Assembly (NCBI GenBank): GCA_965637545.1
Contig: OZ281495.1
Coordinates: 9,982,001 to 10,046,000 of the forward strand
Origin: Phallusia mammillata
Taxonomy: Eukaryota
DNA: 64,000 bases
Direction: 5' to 3'
Shown here: in pieces, positions 40,851 to 59,164 of the stretch
How positions within the stretch are numbered: the stretch's first letter is position 1
Layout of the letters: the number at the start of each line of letters is the position of its first letter
Made by a program: the position numbers and the translations under genes
The notes under the pieces: model-generated
Database searches by the model: none
Told to the model about the DNA's origin: nothing
The model's input: the letters and a program-made list of their open reading frames with translations, nothing else

Positions 40851-43800
40851 CTACGTTATGTTGTATAGATTGCCCAAGTAGCCTTTAAATTGGGTGTTGT
40901 TCTCAAGTCCTTTTTGGGTCAGAAGGTCAGCATTTTCAAAAAACTGTAGATTTGATAGATTTTAATGTGACCAGCCTTTTTTATAGCTTGATGAATATTT
41001 CAATGCAATATTGCTATGTGTCCTTTCACCAAGCAAAATAAACTCAATCAAAATCAAGTGGTTTACCACCAAGAAACTTTCGTACATGGTGAAACCAGTT
41101 ACTATGAATTTAAAACAGATCACTAATCATACACAATTATATCTAGAAGCCTAAGTTTTATCGAAGACCCTTTTGCAATTTATGACACTCAGTGTCAGAA
41201 CAACACCCTTTAGGCAAAATTGTTACCTTCTGTGAACAGAGTTTTAAGGCTGACATCACCCACTGTGAGGTCCACCAGCCATGTTATGAATCTATCACCA
41301 GTTTTGAAGGGAAGCTGCAAAACAATACTGAAATATTGAACAAGAATTATTTTTTAAATATGAAAAAAATATACCATAGGGACAAAGAAGTTACTTACAG
41401 GTCTTTCCATTTTGACTTTCATATTCTGTTTGCTATCCAGCTGTTTGCTTAGTTTTTTACGAACTAGCGGTGTCCACTCCTTTACTTTTTCTGGTTGGTC
41501 AGCCTCTGTTTCAACTATCACATTCATGCACTGAAAATCAAGAAGCAGCCCAAATCTTATTTCTTAACACTTTTGTTTGTTTTTGGCGTCAATTCTTGGT
41601 GATCCAAAATATGTTTGAAGGATCAGAATGCCATGAACTTATTTTAATTCAGTTCTGTAATATTATTTTTGGGCAGTTTTTCAATTTCGTAAGTTATTGG
41701 GCTATCAATTAGTTCCATCGGGTGGAACAATGCCTTTCTTTATGGAAAAACGAAAAAGGTTGACAAAAGATTAGAACTCATCAGCCGAATGTTGTGTAGC
41801 TATTTATTTATTTATTCATCCATAAGGATTGATAAAAACAAGTTCCTGATTATTATTAAGGCAAAACATAAATAAATCAACACTTACGAAATAAGGAAAA
41901 GATTGTGCTAAATCATCAAGAGCGAAGAATAATAATTTGCTTGCTGGAACAGGTTTCATTGGAGGATTTTCCCAATTATCAACAAGTTGCAGCTGCACAT
42001 CCAAATCCTGAAAAGAAAGTAGTTGTTGGTATTTGTTTATCTTTTTAACTTCGTGTATTATATATACACTGTGTCTTGTCAATAGACGCAAGTGACATAG
42101 TAAAGTGGGTCAAAAATAATTGTTACACTGATAGTTTTGTATAGGGGTTATTTATGTCATCATGTGTGTGGTATGCTGACAAAGGGCAGAATTTATAACC
42201 AAGGTACCAAGGTGGGTCAAAAATAACCAAGGTTGACACAAATTCCTGAGGTGTGTTACAATAATTTAAACAAAAAATATTTTATGCATACTGCTACAAA
42301 TAGTAACATTCATTTTAATACTTGTGATTGCAATGTAGTACAGCTTGACAAAATAGTGACAATAAACCTTAGCCTTGCCATTTTTTTTTATTTATTATTT
42401 TACGACAATCAGACGACAGTCCGGAAACTGAAAACTGTCCTTTGTCATACTCTTAGCAAATTGCAAAAGAAAAGCCAAAAAGCTAAGCAATTAAATTTAT
42501 GGGTAGAAACAATGTCACTTAAGTTTTTTGCATCACATAAACAACCATGGCAGTGTATGGAGTTTGACCTGTGTAACCTACAGTGGTATTAGCTAACTAC
42601 TCTAAATACATGAGGCATCAATACTAAGACACCAGCCTTGTTAGCACTAAGTTACATGAATAGTGGGCAACTAATACATAAAAAAATGTCTATACAACAT
42701 GCCTTTCGTCTTCTTTGCTTTGACCTTCCATCACCTGGAATGGTTATAAAGCATCTGTGCATTTTAGTTTGTTCTTTGTACTTCACAGCAATTAATGTTG
42801 AATTTTGAGCTATCTGTGGTATATCAGATTCTGGAATCGATTCCACCAACTTTTGTTCAGATGCTTGCCTAACAATCACAATAATTGAATTAGGGTTGGC
42901 AAGCCGGTCAATTGACCGCACTTTATTTGACTGGTCAAATACTATTTTGTAATTTTAACAATCAAATGTGGTAAATTTTCTTGGACTTGCTTTTCAGTTG
43001 TTGGAAAGGGTAAATTATTTCTAATAAACCTCAGGTAGAACAGTTTAGGGCACACTCTTGTATTAATAAGTGCTTTTAAAGCCAATATAGATGTGTTCTG
43101 TTCATTTGAACTAAATGCCAAACAATTAGGAGATACTTTTCATTTAAAATTAAGATCTGATTTACGTTATGGCCATCTTTACAAGGTTTACAATGCAATT
43201 AAAAAACACGGATCACTTCTAGCACCGTTTTAGCTTAATAAAAATCGATTGTGATATGTCCATGAGGGGAAGTTAGTTCATTAGTATTTACTTGTCGCAC
43301 ATCTTTACTGACAGATAAAATATCTATTTAAAGCATCTGTGTAAACTTGTAGGTCCACAGACCTTTTTCTATAGTTGATCCAAAAATTGTTTGTAGCTGT
43401 ATATTTAGCCTATAATTACCCTGAATAATTTTTTGTGAATTAATTACTTATTGGGATAAAGTACGTACATATCAAGCTTTTGTATATTCCTTTTTTGTCA
43501 TGAATGGAGATGTGACAACAGCGTAACAGCATAAATTTCAATTTTAAGCAGGATAAGCGAGTTTTGCAGTTAAATCTCAGTTAAAATTAGACTTTAATCT
43601 GATGTATATAGAATATTATGAGAATCCAGTTCACAAATGCGATTACTGAATGAAAATTACAGACACACATGTGGGGCCATTGATGAAATGAAGCATGCAA
43701 TGTAGTAGGAAAAGTCTGTAATATAATGTAAAGTGAACATTTCCTATTTCACAAACAAATTTACATGAGTTGAAACCTTCATTTCCATTACTTATGGTTT

Positions 43801-46800
43801 AGAAGAAGATTTAACTTCCAACTTTTAACTAAAATTGCAATTTAATAATGTGAATAATATTTGACCTATTTGACAAGTATTTGACCGGTCAATTGACCAG
43901 ATTTTATTTGACCGGTCAAATGCCCAACCCTAAATTGAATACTTGTCAGAAATAGTTTTGTATTTTTACGACATCAAGTTTATGACAAACAGCATCTGTA
44001 AAAGATCTTTGAAACTGTAAAAGTGTACTGTGTTGAAAGTAGCAGTAATTTTGTTCAACAGATTTGTCGTTCAACTGGTCTAGTGCTAGACAAAATATGA
44101 GTACAATAAACTTTGATAAATACAGACCCTTTTTTTTTTGTCTGGAATATGTGAAGAACTGGATTGACTGATGCTGATTAGTTAAAGCCTTATTAGAAGA
44201 CATTTGTACCTCCAGGTTTCTGTAAACTGGCGAAGATCCAGATTAACCAAATTCGGTTTAACAGAGGTTTACTATATTTTGCAACACCAGTTGAAAGACA
44301 AGTTTGTGAAATATGCAACTTTGCAGACGAAATGTAAAAGCTTGGACCAAAAACCTTATGGCCTACTTAAATACCAGAAACAAACTTTGAATGTAGCATT
44401 TTAGAAACGAAATGTTTGATAAATACTACAAAATAACACTTACAAGAGATAATATTCCAAAGCATGACAAATCCAAACGCCATGTTTGGCTACAGAAGGC
44501 TGGGGAATGGAAATCCAATTGTGCCGAGGATTTAACATCGTTTGGCTCACAAATGAACTCGGGATAACATATTCTGTTTCATCGCTCAAGATTGTGTACA
44601 ACTCAGTCACAATTTCTTTGTTATTTTGCAAAGTATCTAAAAAATGAAATGCTTTAACAGTAGGGTAGAGAGTTTTTTTACAAAACAACTTTGATGTTAT
44701 TTTATTTCTACTGTAACAGTTTGCTAGAACAACTTTACTGGTACACACAGTAGGGCAGTGGTGTCCAAACTGTGTTTAATGGGTGTCAGTTTTTATCAGG
44801 TGAAAACACCAGCAGGCCAACGTATTTTGCGCTCAACTTTTTAACCTTAGAATCAAACACAAATACACAGAATAAATAAGATATTGGATTTTGTTGCATC
44901 ATGACCTTGTACACTTACTTTTTACTGGCAAAAATAAAGTTTCATGGAAAGCTTTTGCGTGGGGCAAAAAAAATCAAAACTATGGCGGGCCATACACGCA
45001 TTTTTAAACAACGGGCACAGGCCACATGAAAAGCCGCTGATGGCCCTATTTAACCTGTTGGCTGCGCTTTGCACACCCCTGCAGTAGTGTAAAGGGTAAA
45101 TCCTTATTTAAAGAAGCCAACTTATATACATGTTCCATTAGGAAATTGAACAATTTTATACACTTTCTACCACCACAAATTGAACTCAAAGATTATCAAC
45201 CATTTCCTACCTGCTGCATGAAATTGGATCTCCTTAAGTTTAATATTATTCATCCATTTCAATCCACTTTCATGAATATCGCCCAGATCAATATCAACAT
45301 AAGGTCCAATGCTTGGTAGTGAATTTGCTAGGATCTTCTCAGTTTCCTCTTTTAGTTCACACAACTGCAAAATCATGCAAACATGCATGATTAACAGTAT
45401 GAATATAGCAAAAACACTGAAAAATATATGCATCAGCTGTAGCTGCATTGACAGCCTCGGAAAGAGGTAACATCTATAAACTATTATGTTTTGAGTAGAT
45501 CAGTGATTTTGAATCTGTTCCGCATAACCCCAGTGTTCCGTAAAAGATCATCAGGTGTTCTGGGAGTAATTTATTACTATACTAGTGTTCTGTGGTTTGC
45601 TTCATTTATTGTTGTGAAACTAATAAAAAAAATGTTTGGTGGGTCTGTTGCTGTTTAAGCACAATGCGCTAGTCGAGTGTTAGCTTGTTTACTTTATTGT
45701 AACAATATAACATTTCATTTGGTGTTCTGCAATATTATTTTACAGCATAAAGTGTTTTATGGTGCGAAAAAAGGTTGAAAAACACTGGTGTAGATATAAA
45801 AATGCATAAACTTTTCGGTTTTAGATCGTGTTAGCTTTTACAATACCTTTTCAAACTGATGATTTTCTTCTTTAAGGTCCTCCTCTGAGACAGATCGGTT
45901 TTGTGCAGTTAACTTGCTTAATAGGACTTCACAATCCTGACAAAAGATGAAGAATCAACACTTTAACCCACAAAAAATATGACACAAAACTTATGAGCAA
46001 CAACTAAAAAAAATGAATTTCCTTACATTTGCAGACTTTGTTGCAATTTCTTTTATTTTCTCCCTCTGTACATCAGCCTTTTTACAAAGTTTCTGTACTT
46101 GGTCTTGAATTTCATTATTGATTTCTTTTTCTTTGGCAGTAAGTTGATCAACAAATGCATTCCAAACACTCATTAGCTTCATATGCACAAAGTCACTGGC
46201 CTCATCATTTCTAAAGATCAACAGGTTGCCAATGGAAAAGCAGTAGATATAACTATTTTATCGCATGTACTATATAAACAGCTCAATTGAACACAATTTC
46301 CACTCATTACCTTATTTTAAGCAGGGATCGCTTGACATTGAGTTTGAGAATTTCTTGTGAAGTTGAAGCACTTACAAAACTAAAATTAAACAATTAGACA
46401 TTCATTTACAGTAAGCTATCACAAAGGTATGTAAACTTTATTGCCAATCTTTAAAAAGATCTTAACGCAACTTATCAGTCCTCTTAGTGAAATGCATTGG
46501 GTTATTTTTCATTATATTGTGCTCCCTCCCAGTGTTTATTGTAGTCTATAACAAATGTTATGTCCAGCCTATTAATTGCATATTTTATGCATGGTTTTAT
46601 AACAAATCCCTGACCTCTGCATTATACCAGACATGTCATAAAATAGTTTTATTGTTGTAAATTTTCATTAATAACAGGTAATTATTCTTTGATACTTTTT
46701 TATCTTTTTAACTTCGCTTATCATCGATTGCGTCTTGTCAATAGAAGCAAGTGAAGAAGTGAAGTGGGTCAAAAACATTCCTTTGCAGTGGAAAGATGTC

Positions 46801-47503
46801 ATGCATGTTTGGCAAATGAGTACACCATTGTTCTCACTGTCATTTTCTGCAAACAATGTTTCGATGTAAGCTGCAGACAGTGTGCACTGCTTTGACCTAA
46901 GTTTTTATCAGTACAGCTAGTGACAAGACATTGTAACTATACGCAATTTTGCTTCCAGGTGACCGCTAATTGCCGATCTTCCTTTTTTGATCGTTATTCT
47001 AAATAGACGATAATGGGTCAATGACTTGGCGGCCAATGATTGGCCTTTTGTTGACCTGTCATGTAGTTACTTGTTGTGTAATTTTCTTTGTTACTGTTAT
47101 ATGCAATTGTGACAAATAAACCATTGATTGATTGATATACACCGGACAATAAGACTAATGTTTTGTCACTAGCTGCTGCATTAATGAGACCGTAAAAGTT
47201 TAACATAGTACAATGTCTGCAGCCGGGTGATCAATTATTAGTGGATGCTTTTATAATGTTGCTATGTTTAAGATTCACTGCACATGGAAAGCTCAAAAAA
47301 GCTACATTATCTTATAATTACGATACTTTTCACTTCTAAAAAACGAAAATGGTAGTTTGTCATAAAAAGATTGATTTAAACAACAATTAGATTTAACAAA
47401 CTTGTCACTTGCCATTTTGGATGTCCACACACGAAAAGCAAATGTGAGTAGGGACACCTTCATCACAAAATCGACACACTTGTTTCGGAAGTAACTCTTC
47501 CAT
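40851..47503 (-). CDS. B-box / coiled-coil / extended Tudor protein (RNF17/Qin-like architecture), ~521 aa modelled; C-terminus uncertain
   Basis: Exons: 47413-47503, 46696-46846, 46311-46379, 46027-46210, 45847-45936, 45211-45364, 44444-44636, 42703-42868, 41888-42007, 41399-41530, 41227-41314, 41067-41101, 40851-40943 (1566 nt; needs two GC donors). B-box-1 pattern CRFC-x8-CFSC-x16-CQTC-x4-H-x7-H. Coiled coil DQLTAKEKEINNEIQDQVQKL. eTudor-like segments VWICHALEYYLLQ, IAVKYKEQTKMHRCFI, VQLQLVDNWEN, FPYFCMNVIV, WLVDLTVGDVSL. Confidence 0.72.
42891..43932. mobile_element. 1.04-kb non-autonomous hAT element (TAGGG-type TIR)
   Basis: TIR TAGGGTTGG(G)CA...TGCCCAACCCTA; perfect TSD aattgaat; subterminal palindromic TTGACCGGTCAA motifs at both ends; no transposase ORF seen. 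Confidence 0.92.
44756..45081. mobile_element. hAT (Buster/Charlie-like) MITE
   Basis: TIR CAGTGGTGTCCAAA...TTTGCACACCCCTG; TSD cagtaggg/cagtagtg. Confidence 0.82.
45501..45787. mobile_element. hAT (Buster/Charlie-like) MITE, degenerate
   Basis: TIR CAGTGATTTTGAATC...GGTTGAAAAACACTG; TSD gagtagat/gtgtagat. Confidence 0.75.
46866..47223. mobile_element. Family-B element with two inverted, decayed hammerhead TIRs
   Basis: Minus strand 46869-46918: AGCTGTA-CTGATAA-..GGTC-AAAG-CAGTGCACACT-GTC-TGCAGCT. Plus strand 47175-47223: GCTGCA-TTAATGA-GACC..-AACATAGTACAAT-GTC-TGCAGC. TIRs extend into TGTCACTAGCTG. Located in intron 1 of the B-box/Tudor gene. Confidence 0.75.
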
Positions 47504-47953
47504 TTTTACACAAAGTTTTACCACCAGACGTTAGCTATTAACACTAAACTCTTAATTTCGTAAATCTGTTTCGCCTTAATTGCGGTTTGTTTTATTAATA
47601 GAACAATTCAATTAGGTTTATGTACAAACGTATTCACTCAAAAATGCAATCCACGGTGTCGGATCAGCTGACAAAATTGTGGTGCCGAAACGCGCGAATG
47701 TGCACGCGTGATTGGACACAGGAAAAATTAATTTATTAGGTGGGGAGTCGCGGACCGAAACAGGTCAAACTTAAAATCCCTTTTCTGATGGATGTTTATG
47801 TTTACAACTGAATCTTGTGTTGCTGATGCAGGTGAACTCATTTTTAAAACTCCAAAACAACTGTTTATCAACGAGTGAAACAATCGAAAAAGCTGAAAAA
47901 ATCGGCGGAAAACTTTGCAGCGGCTCCTGTTTTATAGGCGCAACTAGTTATTT

Positions 47954-48517
47954 ATGATGATTTTTTGGCGATTTTGGAAGTTTAGGCATCAATTCCATAC
48001 AAATAAAAAGTTCACTTTCGGTCGGAGTTTCCAAAAAGTTCCAGCCGAAAGCGAAACATCGGAAAAAGGGCATATTCGGTCAAGATATTTCGGCCATCGT
48101 AAACTTCAATACAATACTGAGGATCACCTGATCAATCTTCAAAATTTACAGCAGACACTGAGCGAAATTAAATTTATTTACAAGTTCACCACGAAGGTTA
48201 TAGTTTTTATACTTTACAATGCAAAGAGAACACAACAGCGCTGGAGGTTCTCGAAACTTTTCAAGACGGAAATAAACGAACATATGCAGAAAGGTCCGGG
48301 CCAAATAATACTTGAAAACACGCAACAAACAAATCAGGAAAGCATACCACTTTACTCAGACCAGCTGGTTTTCCACTTTATAGAGAGGAAAATAGCCAGT
48401 AGAAATCATCCGAAATTATTACATGCAATTGAATCAACGAAATGTGTTTGGATTGGAAAAGAAAGTACGCCTACACTGGTAATGAAAGGAAATTACACTG
48501 GTAGCAACGGGACATGA
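47954..48517 (+). CDS. Possible orphan protein-coding ORF (187 aa), divergent from the B-box/Tudor gene
   Basis: Longest plus-strand ORF in the window; no recognised domain; Arg/Phe-rich N-terminus; may be spurious or spliced. Confidence 0.25.
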   Translation: MMIFWRFWKFRHQFHTNKKFTFGRSFQKVPAESETSEKGHIRSRYFGHRKLQYNTEDHLINLQNLQQTLSEIKFIYKFTTKVIVFILYNAKRTQQRWRFSKLFKTEINEHMQKGPGQIILENTQQTNQESIPLYSDQLVFHFIERKIASRNHPKLLHAIESTKCVWIGKESTPTLVMKGNYTGSNGT

Positions 48518-48801
48518 CGATAGCCTATCGCTATTGGTCAAACTTAGTTACCATGGAATATGTATTTTTCATTCATCGTTTGTTATCATCGAGTTCACTA
48601 TACTTTTCCGCAGAACAAGTATCTTTCATGCACAAACAAAACATTGGCACGTATACTCAAGTGCAAAACTGAAATCAGCGCAGTTGGTCTAGGTTTGCAG
48701 CATGTAGAGAAGAAAACACATATTTGCTCTCGAGTTTAAACACAATACCGCCGTAACACACCCAAAACTAAGTAAATCCGATCAAATTGAACTCATTTAT
48801 A

Positions 48802-48843
48802 GTTCATTGGGGAAAATTCCCCGTTCATTGGGGAAAATTCCCC
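48802..48843. repeat. Perfect 21-bp tandem duplication containing the near-palindrome GGGGAAAATTCCCC
   Basis: gttcattggggaaaattcccc x2. Confidence 0.9.
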
Positions 48844-49827
48844 GGTTTATGAAACCCAACAAATAGGTGCGACAACTTAGTAAATATATCACAAATTTGC
48901 TACACCACAAAACGCTTAGGCGCACACACAAGACACAGAAACAAATGAAAATACACAAGACATTAAATCTACTGGGATTTTTTTTACAAAAGGAAATTCA
49001 TCCTTTCATAAAACAACAAAAGTATGATATAGGCTACAGTGAAATCAAAACATCCTTTATAATAAATAAGAAAATATGTTTTCAATTTATACTGTAAACA
49101 ACAAAACTTTAACGCATCAATTTTGTGAAACTTGGTAGAGCTACTAACGTAAGAACTCACATCAGACAAAGTTTGATAAATACCGATAGTTGGCGTAAAG
49201 AGCACAGTTATTTTCAATTAACAAACGGAGAATTGGATAGGGTCAGGAACTAAATTTAACGTTAGGGAATAAGTTCATAGGTTGGTTTTGTTGTAATTGT
49301 TATTATAAAACCTCACCCCAAACCGCATAGCCCTAACCGTCAGTGTTTTCACACAATTTGCTTTCAAACATACGCAAATGCTCTTCTTGCCATCCATCGA
49401 TATTTAGCAAAATTTGTCTAATGTGGGTTCTAAATTTCTGTCAAACTTACGCTTTTTAAAGTTTGAAAATTAGAGAGTTCAATCTGTACACGTTTTTGAT
49501 CGCCAGGCAAAAACAATTACAATCCCAAACAAAAGAATCGCGTCATGCTATAACGTAACTTCCATAGGAAGCGTAACCACATAAGCTTGATGTCACTTCC
49601 GTCGAAACGGGCAACCCGTATTGAACGCAAGTAAGAATGACCTCGCACGAAACGAAAAAAACTCTATTTTGTTACTTGAAGCTTGAATAGCCATATGACT
49701 TGTGAATTGGGATGTGAAACTTTCATATTTAAAGCCTCGCGTGCTTTCAAATGTCAAGCTATCAAATGCCAACCAACCGGCTTTAGATGGCCTTGGGACA
49801 TAGGCGTGCAGCAAGGCGTTGTTGCAA

Positions 49828-50039
49828 TCACGTGGCATGACGCAAAATCATGTGTGACGTCATATTAATCAAGTTAAACCAAAATCAATAGTGTTAGGCA
49901 GCCAAAGCTTTTGAGGCATTGTAAGTACGAAAAACAACTGCAGATCAAAACCAAAAAAACACCCTAAGCATTTGATTCAAGTGAAAGAGTAATGTTCCGT
50001 TTCAACGATGACGTCACATTGCAGTGATTGCTGACGTCA
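49828..50039. promoter_or_regulatory. Cluster of bZIP/CRE sites (candidate enhancer)
   Basis: TGACGTCA at 49855, 50009 and 50032; TGACGCAA at 49838; CACGTG at 49829. Confidence 0.35.
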
Positions 50040-50196
50040 TTGCACGCCCAACAGCGGATGCGTGTAATGTTATTTAATATAGAGACGTATTGCAAAGTGA
50101 GTTTTGTACACAGAGTGTGAGGCGGGGCGTGCGCTTTCACTCTCCTCCTATTTCCACCCACGCTCCTCCTCCTGCTCTCACTCTCGCTGGTGTTGA

Positions 50197-59164
<8,968 letters not shown>

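Noticed and set aside
41700-41740. Possible terminal exon KGIVPPDGTN* for the Tudor gene
   Set aside because: The next exons (41399-41530, 41227-41314) continue in frame with strong splice sites and complete the Tudor-SN-like fold.
43946-44404. ORFs on both strands that could be extra exons of the Tudor gene
   Set aside because: No phase-compatible splice pair. Exon 44444 joins 42868 directly (TT+G) and gives the expected eTudor-like YYLLQ.
46847-46896. Extended exon 2 using acceptor 46897 with the GT donor at 47408
   Set aside because: It lies within a decayed hammerhead element and would put an implausibly long insert in the B-box. Kept only as a possible minor isoform.
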